From IMG/VR virus record IMGVR_UViG_3300027782_000072, positions 1 through 64,000 of that record: a stretch of 64,000 nucleotides of DNA. One strand, given 5' to 3'. The DNA comes from a virus. How positions within the stretch are numbered: the first letter of the stretch is position 1; each line of letters starts with the position of its first letter. The position numbers and the translations under genes are program-made. Below the pieces are notes generated by a model that was not told the DNA's origin, did not search any database, and saw nothing but the letters and a program-made list of their open reading frames with translations. This document shows positions 39,951 through 50,479 of this stretch, piece by piece.

Positions 39951-40544
39951 TTAAACAGCAGCTAACTGTACGTTAGCTCCTTGGTTTTGATAGTTGCCAG
40001 TGTAGGCTTGCCCTACTTCCTCAATCTCCATAAGCATCACTTGCACAATGCCTTCGTTGGCATAAATACGTGCCGGAAAGGCAGTGGGATTGGAGATGCT
40101 AATCGTGAGGTAGCCAGCCCAGCCGGGTTCGATGGGCGTCACGTTGATGATGATGCCACAACGAGCGTAAGTGGATTTGCCATCACAAATGCCCATAATG
40201 TGATCAGGCATGGAGATCAGTTCGTAACTGGTTCCAAGGCCGTAACTATGGGGAGGCAAGCGAAAATACTCACCACCATTGCTGTGGATGAGGGGTGCCT
40301 CGTATGGGATGGTGCTATTGAAAAGCTTGGCATCCAATTCACCCTTATTGGTTCCCTTGACAGTCTTGCCATCAACAACAAGAAAATGGTCGGGAGACAG
40401 CCGAATGTCATAACCAGCCTGGGAAAGGCCGTATGAAATAGCTTTGGTGCCATCGTCAAGAGTGCGCATCTTCTCGCCTACAAAAGGCATGAAGATGTCG
40501 TTCTCTGCAAGTTTGGCAATTTGCTTGTCGTTAAGAAGTGTCAT
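39951..40544 (-). CDS. dcd: dCTP deaminase
   Basis: ISYGLS..GYD.RL, GKSTYARCG, TPIEPGW.G..T, YANEGI.Q. Confidence 0.9.
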   Translation of the reverse strand: MTLLNDKQIAKLAENDIFMPFVGEKMRTLDDGTKAISYGLSQAGYDIRLSPDHFLVVDGKTVKGTNKGELDAKLFNSTIPYEAPLIHSNGGEYFRLPPHSYGLGTSYELISMPDHIMGICDGKSTYARCGIIINVTPIEPGWAGYLTISISNPTAFPARIYANEGIVQVMLMEIEEVGQAYTGNYQNQGANVQLAAV

Positions 40545-40578
40545 GGTTTGGAAGAAATGGGCGCCGTAGCGCCCGCAA

Positions 40579-40965
40579 CTATTTGGTCATGTCAAGCGTG
40601 GGAACCGGCATACCACCTTCCGTGGGAACGTAGATGGTGCGATTACCCTTCTCGCTTCCCTCTTGCAGTCCTGTGATATACAGGTATTGGAGGTAGCGAG
40701 GGTTGTCTTTGAGACTGTCGCCAATGATACGATTGGCTTCTGCCACACCCTTGGCTCGTTCGATTTCAGCGTCAGCAAGTTTGGAAGCAGAGTCCATTTT
40801 TGCTTGAGCCTCAAGAACTGCCACTTGTCTGGTGTACTCAGCCTTTTGAAGTTCAGCCTTGCCAGCAAGACTTTTTGTCCAGACGTTGTACTGCGGTCCT
40901 CCCACAAGAAGTAGCGTTAAGACCAGCAGGCCAGTGCCAGTTAGAGCAGCAAATTCTTTAGTCAC
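40579..40965 (-). CDS. membrane protein with band-7-like C-terminal coil
   Basis: TM helix, ERAKGVAEAN.II..SL, IYVPTE. Confidence 0.6.
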   Translation of the reverse strand: MTKEFAALTGTGLLVLTLLLVGGPQYNVWTKSLAGKAELQKAEYTRQVAVLEAQAKMDSASKLADAEIERAKGVAEANRIIGDSLKDNPRYLQYLYITGLQEGSEKGNRTIYVPTEGGMPVPTLDMTK

Positions 40966-41164
40966 GATTGAAAATAAAACGAAGGATCATTGAGCCAGAA
41001 GCCACGGCAGCTCCAAAGCGTGCCATTTCCAACCAAGGAAACAATGGCAAAAGGCCCCACCAAAGGGGCCAAGCCATTAAGAAAATAATGAGTCCTTGAA
41101 GGAAAAGACCAATAAATCCGCCTACAAATGTTCCCAGTTGATAAGCGGGGTCTTTATCTTCCAT
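40958..41164 (-). CDS. small membrane protein
   Basis: Two hydrophobic segments. Confidence 0.55.
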   Translation of the reverse strand: MEDKDPAYQLGTFVGGFIGLFLQGLIIFLMAWPLWWGLLPLFPWLEMARFGAAVASGSMILRFIFNRD

Positions 41165-41168
41165 GGTG

Positions 41169-41432
41169 TCAGAACAGGTCGGTGGAGCTGCTGCCGCCGC
41201 CGAGGTCGTCGTTCTGCCACACAGAAGCGTAGCCCTTAGGACCTTCCTTGTCGCCCTTGATTTTGACGGAGCCAGTAAAACGAGGGGAACGATCAGAAGT
41301 CATCTTTTCGTTGGGCCATACAGCCATGTCGAGGCTGTAGTTACCACGATCATTAGCGCCAGCCTTCTTCAATGCATTGAGAAGGTCAGGGGTGAGATCA
41401 ATGGCGGCAGTAATTGGGGGGCGATTTGCCAC
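41169..41432 (-). CDS. putative single-stranded DNA-binding protein
   Basis: SP.FTGSVK motif, acidic ...DLF tail, GGAG RBS; next to the exonuclease gene. Confidence 0.55.
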   Translation of the reverse strand: MANRPPITAAIDLTPDLLNALKKAGANDRGNYSLDMAVWPNEKMTSDRSPRFTGSVKIKGDKEGPKGYASVWQNDDLGGGSSSTDLF

Positions 41433-41489
41433 AGTGTTGCTCCTTGGAGGATGTTAGATGCCCGTGAGGGCTCGGCAAGCATAGAGGCT

Positions 41490-42254
41490 CTAGGCTCCCT
41501 TGTCAACTGTGATCGTGAAGGGCTTACCGCCTGGATAGAATTCTTCAAAATACCGGCGGGTCTTGTCGTTCATGATCGCCGCTTGGCAAGCAAGATCACA
41601 CCCATCCATCGTTACGATTTGCGCCTCCTCCCCCTCTCCCGTGTCCGGGTCGTAGATGGAGATGGCGCAATAAGCTTCGTTGATTTCAATGGAATACATT
41701 TGCTCAAGGGCCTGTGCATAGGCGCCGAGTTGCATCTTGTAATCGGCTAGGTAGCAGTCGAGCTTACGCTTATAGCTGGTTTTCCAATCGAGGAGGGCAA
41801 TGTTGCCATTCTTCATCGTTGCTAGCATATCAAACGTGCCGGAATAGCCAATTTGCAACTCGGAGTTGAAGTAGGCGATGGCGCTCTCTACTAGCAATGG
41901 CTGGTCAATGGTTTCCAGAAAGGGTTCGATGGAATGGAAGTAGGGGCGATATTTGCTCTTGGCTTCAAGATGGTGCTCAATATCCTCTCCATTCCATAGA
42001 TCCTCTAAGACGCCGTGCAGCCACACGCCACGATCAATGGAGCCCATGGTGCGACGATTGGCCTCTGCATCGCCCACGCGACGCCGCCAGTTGATGAGAG
42101 CCATGATCTTGCCCACTGGTGAGCATGCCCCGGCTACGGTTGTAACAGAGGGCAGAACCAGACCCGCAGGCACATGGTCCAAACCCTCCGGCACCTTGTA
42201 ATAGCGACGATTGTCCAGTTGGAGCCGGTCAGGAACAAACTGCTTGAACTGCAC
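41490..42254 (-). CDS. PD-(D/E)XK exonuclease
   Basis: PSVTT, RG..LH, YSGTFD, LLDWKT, QL.AY. Confidence 0.85.
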   Translation of the reverse strand: MQFKQFVPDRLQLDNRRYYKVPEGLDHVPAGLVLPSVTTVAGACSPVGKIMALINWRRRVGDAEANRRTMGSIDRGVWLHGVLEDLWNGEDIEHHLEAKSKYRPYFHSIEPFLETIDQPLLVESAIAYFNSELQIGYSGTFDMLATMKNGNIALLDWKTSYKRKLDCYLADYKMQLGAYAQALEQMYSIEINEAYCAISIYDPDTGEGEEAQIVTMDGCDLACQAAIMNDKTRRYFEEFYPGGKPFTITVDKGA

Positions 42255-42261
42255 TGGAGAG

Positions 42262-42396
42262 TTAACGGTTCTTTACACAATACCCCCCAGAGCGGTAGTA
42301 GCCAAGGGGACACGTGCCGGAATAGTTGATGGGCTCGTTGCAAGCCGCCACTGGCAGGGAAAATGCAATGACAATGAGAGCAATGATGGTTTTCAT
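42262..42396 (-). CDS. small secreted Cys-containing protein (44 aa, not in ORF track)
   Basis: MKTIIALIVIAFSLPVAACNEPINYSGTCPLGYYRSGGYCVKNR; ATGA-coupled. Confidence 0.55.
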   Translation of the reverse strand: MKTIIALIVIAFSLPVAACNEPINYSGTCPLGYYRSGGYCVKNR

Positions 42397-42653
42397 GGTT
42401 CAACGAAAGTTAATGGACGATTCATGTCAACTTTGTAGTGGTCAATGATGGCGCCAGTGCCACGGTCCCAAGTGGTACCGCAGTCTGGACATTGCCATGC
42501 ATAGCCACGATCCTCACGCCAAGACGACAGGTAGATCACTCTGGAAAACCATTTGGATCCGCCAAAGTGGTGTTGGCTTTCTTCTGGGATGGGCTTGTCA
42601 TGCCACAGGCTTCCGCATTCAGGACAGTTTTTAATGTCTGAAAAATTGGTCAT
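42393..42653 (-). CDS. zinc-ribbon protein
   Basis: CPEC...CPDC. Confidence 0.6.
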   Translation of the reverse strand: MTNFSDIKNCPECGSLWHDKPIPEESQHHFGGSKWFSRVIYLSSWREDRGYAWQCPDCGTTWDRGTGAIIDHYKVDMNRPLTFVEP

Positions 42654-42991
42654 TTCAAAACTTCCCCCCAGCAAATGCGATTTGCTTGCCATAGCAGAGC
42701 CCTGCACAAATGGTTTTCAGAAGGGTCCGGGTCAGAAGCATATACGGAATGTGCTGATTCCCATGCACTTAGCCATTGTTCCTTGGTAGGAAACTTCATT
42801 TCATTTTGATGGTCCATTGGTAAATAAGTTCAAAGAAATAAACAATGGGCAAAACTGTTAAGCCCAACAAAAGCAGGCCAATAATAGTAGTGATGATGCT
42901 TGCAATTAGCATGGCTCGTCAAGGGGAGAATCATCAGCATTGGTAATAATTTGGCCCTTGAAAACAAGAGCCAAACGTGCCGCTGCCAGGT

Positions 42992-43903
42992 CTAAAGCTT
43001 TCCCGCAACGAATACTTCCACTCCTTTAATGGCCTGCTCAACAGTGCCTTCGGCGCAAATTGCACGAAGAGTCATAAGTTCTTGTGCCATTGCAACTTTG
43101 GTAAGCTTGATGCCTTTTTCTTTAATCCAAGTACCAACCATGGCGGCAATCACATTGGCGAGCATGTGACCATCCTTAAGGTCGTCACCCTTCGCAAGCC
43201 CAAGGCTTTCAAGACCAAGCTTTGCTGCCATCAAGCTTTGCTGGGAATCTCCATATTGAAGGGGATTGGCTTTGCAGAAGGCGGTGAGGGCTTCCTTTCC
43301 ATTAAAGGCAGGAGCCCCCGCTCCTCCAGCAGCAGGAATGCTTGCTGTAGTAGGCGCTTTGTCCTGAGGCGATACCGCTGCTGGTTTCTTGCTCTCCTGT
43401 TGGAGGGGGAGTTTGGGCGCAGCTTGTACGTTGCCATCGTCGGAAGTGGGAATGTCTTCGCCGGAGTAAAGCTTGAGGCCAAGGCCAGTGAAAGTAGCAA
43501 TGCACTTAACGCTTGCACGTTGAATGTTGTCACTCACCTGACGAGCATCAAGCTCCTTCACGGCATTGTGCTTGTTGTCCATCAATGGAAAGACCAATGC
43601 AGGAGTACGACGGCAACCATCCGTGAGGTAGGCCCGCAGAATCCAGCAGCCAGTTTGGCCAAACACTGGCCATCCCATTGTGCTCTCCTCAAACGCCACA
43701 AACAGCGTGGGGAATTGCTCTTTTAGGTAGCGGAAGGCAAACGGCCAGGACAGATAGGAGAGCCCTTTGTAATTCTTCTCAACGTGCTCGCCAATGGGCA
43801 GCATGTAAGCCTTGGTGAATTGCTCAGGCGTAATCTCCAAGGGCGAGAACAGACCATTCATACGGTCAGAGAGGGCTAGCGATGCGGGGGATGTAAGGTC
43901 CAT
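42992..43903 (-). CDS. ssDNA annealing protein (Sak/DUF1071-like)
   Basis: LSYLSW..A, MD.KH, QRA.VK.IA..GLG..LY.GED. Confidence 0.8.
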   Translation of the reverse strand: MDLTSPASLALSDRMNGLFSPLEITPEQFTKAYMLPIGEHVEKNYKGLSYLSWPFAFRYLKEQFPTLFVAFEESTMGWPVFGQTGCWILRAYLTDGCRRTPALVFPLMDNKHNAVKELDARQVSDNIQRASVKCIATFTGLGLKLYSGEDIPTSDDGNVQAAPKLPLQQESKKPAAVSPQDKAPTTASIPAAGGAGAPAFNGKEALTAFCKANPLQYGDSQQSLMAAKLGLESLGLAKGDDLKDGHMLANVIAAMVGTWIKEKGIKLTKVAMAQELMTLRAICAEGTVEQAIKGVEVFVAGKL

Positions 43904-43943
43904 GGGGAAAGAAAAAACGTCAGAAAAACAAGATTGTGTCACT

Positions 43944-44210
43944 TTACAATTCAGGGGCAGAACTGTCCAGGTTTTGAATGAGGTCATACATGATGACCAC
44001 TTTGTTGGTAATTTGCTCTGCATGATTGACAAGACTGTCGCCAGGCAGTGGCCAGTCGCGAGTCACTCGCACGTCCGTAATGCCTTCAACGTGCTTCCAG
44101 TCAAAACCTTCTTCCATGGCACCCTCCTCAAAACAGAGCACCACTTCCATGTCTTCATGGTCCATGATGTAGGCAGCTTGAAGAGCTTCAATCAACTGAG
44201 AGATTTTCAT
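43944..44210 (-). CDS. hypothetical protein
   Basis: MKISQLIEALQ start; operon context. Confidence 0.5.
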   Translation of the reverse strand: MKISQLIEALQAAYIMDHEDMEVVLCFEEGAMEEGFDWKHVEGITDVRVTRDWPLPGDSLVNHAEQITNKVVIMYDLIQNLDSSAPEL

Positions 44211-44445
44211 AATCATCAAAAGAAGGTGGTAGTTCGGGCGCGGTGTAATCCACGCATAGGGACCATGCCCCATTAGAAAGGCTCGTGGAGCCCTCCCATG
44301 CGGGAGTGCAACGAATGAGCCGCTCAAGAGCTTCACTGCGAGACAGCTTGGCCTCTGAGGCAATGTTGTCTAAATGGTCAACGGCATCCTGCGTGAGCGT
44401 AAAATGCCTTTTGGTTTTAGGGCTGTCGTAGTTGGATTTCGGCAT
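44188..44445 (-). CDS. ribbon-helix-helix (CopG-like) regulator
   Basis: RHFTLT......LD..A....LSRSE.LE.LIR; divergent from the primase gene. Confidence 0.7.
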   Translation of the reverse strand: MPKSNYDSPKTKRHFTLTQDAVDHLDNIASEAKLSRSEALERLIRCTPAWEGSTSLSNGAWSLCVDYTAPELPPSFDDYENLSVD

Positions 44446-44592
44446 GCAGTGGCGCCGTGGTTCCTCCCCACAATACCCGCAGAAGCCAATTGAGCAAGCC
44501 TTCGAGAGATAAGGATGCCTTATGGCCACTGGGATTGCAGGAAAACGCTCTAGGTGCCATGATGCAAAGCGGCATACCATATTCCCTTTTTC

Positions 44593-46557
44593 ATGACATT
44601 CTCGATCCTGGACTTCCTGGACCAACTGGAGCCCAGTAAGGAATCAGGCAAATTCATGTGTCCCGCGTGCGGGAACAATGATTTCTCAGTCAACAAGAAG
44701 AATGGTGCCTACACCTGCTGGCACGACGACACGCCTGCCCACCGGGCTGAAATCAGGGACGTGCTGGCTCCCATGGTGCGTTGGGAAAAGCCACCGAGAG
44801 ATGCTGGTAACTACACCTTTTCCTACAGGAACCAAACCGGCCTGGAAGTGGTGAGGGTTCACCGCAGTGATGTGTCCGGCAGCAAGCGCATCTGGCAGGA
44901 ATTCCCCACCATCGACACAAGCGCTACTGGCCAGAAGACACAGCTTCAGGAGGTGAAGGCCAACATCCTGCCCTTCATGTATGAAGAGGCCATTGCCGAG
45001 AGCGCCAAAACTGGCCTCCCCATTGTCGTTGTAGAAGGTGAACTCACCTGCCAGGCCGTCTGGAGCATTGGCCTGCCTTCCGTCACCTTCCTGGGTGGCA
45101 GTAAGCAGTACCGCACCAATGGCGACTACGCCAGCCTCTTCAAGAATCAGAAGCTGGTGCTAGCTCCCGATAGGGACGAGCAAGGTGTTGCCTTCATGAA
45201 GGAAGTGGAAGCCGACAACCCTGGAGCACAGTGGCTCTACGCTGATCCACGCTCTTGGGAATGGCAAAACCTGCCCAGTGGCAACGGTCTTGACCTGGCT
45301 GATTACATCGCTGAGGGTGTCACCAAAGATGACTTGCTTGCCTCCATCGTCTCCAAGGGCAAGCATTCCGGCAAGGATGGTAAGCCTGCCTATGAGGAGA
45401 TTATTTCAACAGTGGAGAATTTTGTTGGCCTCTATGCCAATGATGCTCGTATCACCTACGAAACTGCCAACTGGCTAGAAATGCGTGGTGTGAAGATGAG
45501 CCAAAACAATGTTGATAAGATTATTGACGAGGCCAAAAGTCGCATCTATGGCAAGGAGGAAATTGAAACCATTGACGCTCTCACCATTGCCAATGCAGAC
45601 CAATGCCGTGAATGGTTGATTGCTGGCATCATGCCCCTGGGTAGCGTCATGCTGCTGGCCGCTTCTGGAGGCACTGGCAAAAGCACCATCGTCTACAACT
45701 GGGCACTCAAGATTGCTCTTGGTGAACCATGGAGTGGAAGACGTTGCCATAAAGGCAAGAGTCTGATCATTCAAAGTGATGAACCATTGGTGGACACCAG
45801 CGAAAAGCTTGGCGTTATTGGTTTCAGAGAGGCTGGTCTGGAGGCTGGCATCATTGACTTCTGGGAGAACTGGCGCTTCGGCCACATGAAGCAACTTGAA
45901 GACTATGTGAGGAAGAACCGGCCAGTCTTTGTTGCCATTGACTCTCTTACTGCCTGTCTGTCTGGCATGGACGTAGATTTGGTGAAGAGCAATGCTGGTG
46001 ATGTCATCTATGGGTTGCGCGACATTGCCAATCAATACAAATGCAGCATTATCATTCTTCACCACTTAAACAAAAGCGGGGGCCTCAGGGATTCCACCAG
46101 TTTCGTAGACAACGTTAGTGAAGTGGTAAAACTTACTCGCTCTGAGAACAATGGCGACCCCAATCAATTCATCCTCGAATGGTTGAAAAGCAGGAGTGGC
46201 CTCACTGGTAAGCACGTGTTGCAGCGCGACACCTTGTCCTATGGCTGGCACTACGCAGGCCCTCAGGGCGGTTCCTTGGAAGAGCTGGATCAAGTGGTGA
46301 ATACGGTCAACATGCGTAAAGCAGAGCGTTTCACTAAGCAACAAGTGGCAATGATCTCTGGCAGCTTGGACACCTCATCCACGGGCAAAATGCTAGAAGT
46401 GGCACGTCGGCAAGGTTTAATCACCAGTAGCTTCGAGGTGGGGCCCAATGACGAACGCAAGCGTCTTTATCACTCCTGGGACTACGCAGATCCTGACGTT
46501 GACAATATTGATTTTGTTGAGGCTCCCGCTCCTGTAACAGCGCACGATTTCTTTTAA
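44593..46557 (+). CDS. primase-helicase (Zn finger + TOPRIM + RecA-like/AAA_25 helicase)
   Basis: CPAC, VVEGE, PD.D..G, Walker A ASGGTGKS, IDSL, LHH.NK. Confidence 0.9.
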   Translation: MTFSILDFLDQLEPSKESGKFMCPACGNNDFSVNKKNGAYTCWHDDTPAHRAEIRDVLAPMVRWEKPPRDAGNYTFSYRNQTGLEVVRVHRSDVSGSKRIWQEFPTIDTSATGQKTQLQEVKANILPFMYEEAIAESAKTGLPIVVVEGELTCQAVWSIGLPSVTFLGGSKQYRTNGDYASLFKNQKLVLAPDRDEQGVAFMKEVEADNPGAQWLYADPRSWEWQNLPSGNGLDLADYIAEGVTKDDLLASIVSKGKHSGKDGKPAYEEIISTVENFVGLYANDARITYETANWLEMRGVKMSQNNVDKIIDEAKSRIYGKEEIETIDALTIANADQCREWLIAGIMPLGSVMLLAASGGTGKSTIVYNWALKIALGEPWSGRRCHKGKSLIIQSDEPLVDTSEKLGVIGFREAGLEAGIIDFWENWRFGHMKQLEDYVRKNRPVFVAIDSLTACLSGMDVDLVKSNAGDVIYGLRDIANQYKCSIIILHHLNKSGGLRDSTSFVDNVSEVVKLTRSENNGDPNQFILEWLKSRSGLTGKHVLQRDTLSYGWHYAGPQGGSLEELDQVVNTVNMRKAERFTKQQVAMISGSLDTSSTGKMLEVARRQGLITSSFEVGPNDERKRLYHSWDYADPDVDNIDFVEAPAPVTAHDFF

Positions 46558-46941
46558 ACTGTAGGCAGTTGTAATAACTGCCATGATCATCTGGGACAAA
46601 GGTTTTATCAAACCAGTAGTTGTGAAGGAGGAGTCCGTTGAGGCTCCTTTTTCAGTGCCTGAAGCTGTCGAGACAGTAGCTATTGAGCCAGAGGTGGTGC
46701 CTGAGCAAGGCTGGGCTGGTAAAGGCTTTGGCTGGTCCTCATAGGCCAATTCTTTAGCTGGCACATTTGAGCTTGGTGGGGGTGTGTAGACTCGTCCCGT
46801 TCTTTTCCATCGTTCCGCTCTCCTAACCATCCTTTGCCGAGCGCCGTTCGCGAGGGTAGGCCCCCAAGGCCGTCGTTTTGTTGGCGCTCTTTACTTTTTC
46901 TCGCTTCTTCTCTATATTGGCTACGACATCAACGTCGTCCA

Positions 46942-47181
46942 ATGCCTACCGCTCCACAATCTCCCGATCAGCTTCCCTCCATTGACCACAATGGAACGCT
47001 AATCGAGGTGCTCTGTCATCACGGCTACTCAACGCCAGACCGTGGACCAAGGCCGTCATCACGAGTCATGTATGGTGCTCGTGACAAGAAGGGTGAACGC
47101 CATTGGCGGTCATCCCTGCACGAAATTACAAGCCTGATTGATCATGGCTTTAAAACCAACGCAGTGGCATCAGGAATTTGA
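46942..47181 (+). CDS. hypothetical protein
   Basis: ATG 46942 ORF coupled to the next gene. Confidence 0.45.
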   Translation: MPTAPQSPDQLPSIDHNGTLIEVLCHHGYSTPDRGPRPSSRVMYGARDKKGERHWRSSLHEITSLIDHGFKTNAVASGI

Positions 47182-47183
47182 CA

Positions 47184-47492
47184 ATGGAAGAAATCAACGA
47201 ACTAATTGGAAAACTTGCAACAATTAAGGCTGCACAAAAAGTGTATGCAGAGAAGGAAACGTTTTACAAAGATTTGTTAATGAAATTCCTAAAGGAATTT
47301 GATCTTGATAAGGAGGACACTGAGCATGGTTCTGTTCGCATTCAACGTCGTTCTGAAAAGGACTATGGCGAAGAAGTGAGAAAGCAGGAAAGTAGCCTCA
47401 AGGAACTTAAGAAATTAAAAGATGACATTGGTGATTATGAAATCATCAAAACCAGTGAAAGCCTTGTATTTAATTTCCCTACCAAGTCATGA
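47184..47492 (+). CDS. hypothetical coiled-coil protein
   Basis: Lys/Glu-rich ORF. Confidence 0.55.
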   Translation: MEEINELIGKLATIKAAQKVYAEKETFYKDLLMKFLKEFDLDKEDTEHGSVRIQRRSEKDYGEEVRKQESSLKELKKLKDDIGDYEIIKTSESLVFNFPTKS

Positions 47493-47571
47493 TTACATTT
47501 TTAATTTGGTTTGCCATTGGTTTTGTTGCTGCTTCCATTTTTGCTGATTCCATTTTTTCGGAGTAATTACC

Positions 47572-48264
47572 ATGCCAATGCCTGATATTAATTTTGCTTC
47601 TCCAGAAGCAGAACTCAAATATGGAGTGAAAACTCTTCTGGAGGCTGGCTTCACTGCAAAGCAAATTGATCGCATCAGGCATGAAGTTGGGCTTGGTGCT
47701 GACAAAACTCCTTACAACAAGGAGCTCATGGGGCAACGCCGTCATATGACAAGCGAGCTGCTGGCAGCCAACATGAGCAACAGTCAAATTGCTCGCGTGT
47801 TGCAGCTAAGCAAGGAAACTGTCAATGCAGATAGAAAGCACATTAGGCAGCTCTATACAGAAGAAATTCTCAAGAGTGCTGATGTGCATCGTGCCCGCCT
47901 CCTCAAGGAACAAATGGACCTTAAGGACGTGGCAATGAAAAGCTTTGAAGGCAGCAAAAAGAAACGCACTATCACCACCAGCGAAAGTAGCGATGCAGAT
48001 GACTCTTCAATTATTAGAACAGAAGAAAGCGCTGGCGATGCCAGCTTTTTAAACGTGGCAAAGAACTGTCTTGTTGAACAAGCCAAACTCCTGGGCCTCA
48101 ATGAACTACGTCCACAGCAGGAAGAGAAGAAAGACTACAAGAGCTTTCTGGATGACCTGGCAAAGACTGTGGGCGACATCAAAGAGCGTGAAGCTAATGC
48201 CACTGCCATTGATACCACTTCCTTTGATGACGATGCTTCCACCGCCATTGTTTCACTATCTTGA
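47572..48264 (+). CDS. HTH protein, possibly terminase small subunit
   Basis: MSNSQIARVLQLSKETV..D HTH and AKLLGL motif. Confidence 0.5.
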   Translation: MPMPDINFASPEAELKYGVKTLLEAGFTAKQIDRIRHEVGLGADKTPYNKELMGQRRHMTSELLAANMSNSQIARVLQLSKETVNADRKHIRQLYTEEILKSADVHRARLLKEQMDLKDVAMKSFEGSKKKRTITTSESSDADDSSIIRTEESAGDASFLNVAKNCLVEQAKLLGLNELRPQQEEKKDYKSFLDDLAKTVGDIKEREANATAIDTTSFDDDASTAIVSLS

Positions 48265-48312
48265 CAAGCGCCTAGCTTTTAAGGCAGACTATACGCATCC
48301 TCTTCTTCCTCT

Positions 48313-48768
48313 ATGGAATTTGGTTCTGTTGACGACTTTCTTCGTAAGGCCACTAATGCCAAGAAAGTTGAACGCGACGTAATTGACGAGGAACTCAGTG
48401 ACATGCTGGATAATCCAGCGGTCTTTGGCATTCCGCCTGAATTAGCTAAAACGCTAGAAGGCATGCTGGAGCAATATGGTGATGAAAGCCTTCGTCAAGT
48501 GGGGATGTTTTGTATTGGCAAATGGATGCACATCCACAATCAAACCATCCAGGCTCATGTGGAAGCAGAGGGCTGGCCAGAAGCTCTTCTAACTATGAAT
48601 GACGTGAGCAAACTCTCCACTGCCCTTCGCATCATTGAAGAAGTGGGCAGCTTTGGTGGTAGTGAGCAATGGACAAAAATGTTGAAGGCCCTGGTGGGCC
48701 AAGCAGTTATGGAAAGCTGTGAAGACAAAGGTATTGACATTTTTTCATTCTTTAACAACAATGATTAA
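48313..48768 (+). CDS. hypothetical protein
   Basis: 151 aa ORF. Confidence 0.6.
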   Translation: MEFGSVDDFLRKATNAKKVERDVIDEELSDMLDNPAVFGIPPELAKTLEGMLEQYGDESLRQVGMFCIGKWMHIHNQTIQAHVEAEGWPEALLTMNDVSKLSTALRIIEEVGSFGGSEQWTKMLKALVGQAVMESCEDKGIDIFSFFNNND

Positions 48769-48920
48769 AGGCAATATGTTTGACGTGTTTGCCGTTAAAT
48801 TTTCTGACGGACAAGAAATCTCCTTAATTGCCAAAGATGCAGAAACTGCCCGCGCTTTAACTCAGCATTCATATCCCAAAAAACAAATTGTCAAAGTTTG
48901 GGAAATCACCTACTACGATT

Positions 48921-49322
48921 ATGACAAATAAACTTCCCCCCATTGTTAATCTCTGTATTCCGCCAGCTTTGTTGGCCGATGCCGAGGCCATTGCCGCCGA
49001 GAATCCACCAGTTCATCCTGCGTGGTGCAAACTGCAGCGCCGTGGCAAGCATTTTGTCATTCGAACGAACGATTTAGAAGACATCACTGAAGTGGCTGAC
49101 TGGGCCCGGTCAGCTTTAGTAGAACCGGCTAGCCCTTTAACAAAGGCCAAAAGACAAGCCTTCCAGGCTGTCCTGGACAGGGCTAATCGCTATGCCGAGA
49201 TGGTGCCGCTTGGCTTCTCCCATTGCATGGCAGTGAAATGGCGTGACAAGCCATTGTCAGTGGGCAGTTATGTTCGCAGTGATGGCAGCCTCAAAAGCGA
49301 GGCTAAAGATAAGAAACGCTAA
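48921..49322 (+). CDS. hypothetical protein
   Basis: ORF from ATG 48921. Confidence 0.55.
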   Translation: MTNKLPPIVNLCIPPALLADAEAIAAENPPVHPAWCKLQRRGKHFVIRTNDLEDITEVADWARSALVEPASPLTKAKRQAFQAVLDRANRYAEMVPLGFSHCMAVKWRDKPLSVGSYVRSDGSLKSEAKDKKR

Positions 49323-49387
49323 TAGCCACAAGGCTTGACTTCCCCCATTGTCTCGTTCATTGTGGGCCAGTACCCAACAGACCAGCG

Positions 49388-49720
49388 ATGGTTCCTCTCA
49401 TGGCTCTCTTCCTGGAAAGCATTCCCAACACTACTAGCGTCTTCACTGACAAGGGCGCAATGGTAATGAATCTTGACCAGCCCGTAGTTGCCTGGCACTT
49501 TCACATTAAAGAGCTTGAGGAGTGGCTAACCACTCTTGAGGAAGCAATGGCAAAAGAAACCAATGCTGGCAATCGTCGTTCTTTCGAAGGCATGTATTTC
49601 TCGATGAAGACTGCTTATCGTAAGCATCTTGACCAGCATGAGGAAGTGCAAAGCCAAGCTCCCACTGCTGACGACCTCCAGGCTTATCTTTCTGCTTACG
49701 CTGCTGCCATTGCATCATGA
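49388..49720 (+). CDS. hypothetical protein
   Basis: 110 aa ORF coupled to the next gene. Confidence 0.55.
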   Translation: MVPLMALFLESIPNTTSVFTDKGAMVMNLDQPVVAWHFHIKELEEWLTTLEEAMAKETNAGNRRSFEGMYFSMKTAYRKHLDQHEEVQSQAPTADDLQAYLSAYAAAIAS

Positions 49721-50046
49721 CTAATTCTTTCCCAATCCCCTCCCCACCGCAGGAGCTGCGCGACAAGTGGCTCGACAAAGCACCGAACACCAGCGTGTAC
49801 GACTACCTCATTGACAGCGCCGCCCGCTGGGGCGCCGACCAGGAGCTGGAGGCGTGTTGTGCGTGGCTGGTGAAACTCCAGAGCCTTCACTATATCAATG
49901 CCCTCCGCACCTCCCGCCGCCCCAAGCCGCTAACGCTGAAGGAGCGGGCATTGGAGACATTTGATAAACTTGAGCATCTTTTTGATGGGTATGGACACGA
50001 CGGGGAAACCATCCGCGAAGCCCTGGAGGCATTGCCCAGTGACTGA
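49717..50046 (+). CDS. hypothetical protein (cyanophage-type)
   Basis: AARWGADQELEACC.W...LR..RRPKP.TLKE.AL motif. Confidence 0.65.
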   Translation: MTNSFPIPSPPQELRDKWLDKAPNTSVYDYLIDSAARWGADQELEACCAWLVKLQSLHYINALRTSRRPKPLTLKERALETFDKLEHLFDGYGHDGETIREALEALPSD

Positions 50047-50332
50047 CCACATTCCCAACGATCTCAGCCACCTCAACGATGCAGAGTTCAACGCACTGTG
50101 CCCGCAGGGTGAACACGCACCGGGGCCAGAGCCTCTTTCCCCCGCCGCGCAGGCAGTGCTGGATGCGGCCTTTGTGCCCTGGGAAACTATCGACACACCT
50201 CAAGCCATTGCCGCCGCCGCCCTGCGAGCTGCTGTAGTGCAAGTAACTCCTGTGTCAACTAACGCCAGGCAAATGAAAATTCGCGATGAATTCCTGGCTA
50301 TTGCCAACGAGCTGAAAGGAATGTCTAATTAG
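50039..50332 (+). CDS. hypothetical protein (cyanophage-type)
   Basis: LSPAAQAVLDA...IAAAALRAA...LAIA.EL motif. Confidence 0.65.
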   Translation: MTDHIPNDLSHLNDAEFNALCPQGEHAPGPEPLSPAAQAVLDAAFVPWETIDTPQAIAAAALRAAVVQVTPVSTNARQMKIRDEFLAIANELKGMSN

Positions 50333-50351
50333 CGCCAAATTAGATGCAGAA

Positions 50352-50382
50352 AGAAAGGGGCCCTTCAGGGAGCCCCTTTTTA
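50352..50382. terminator. bidirectional intrinsic terminator
   Basis: A-rich flank, GGGG(C)CC...GAGCCCC hairpin, T-tract. Confidence 0.65.
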
Positions 50383-50479
50383 TTGGCTTAACGAGTTCCG
50401 AGAGGCTGATTGCCTCACAAATCAGGTGTTTGCCATCCATACCTCAATACTGTACTCCTGGATCCGGCCAGTAATAGAC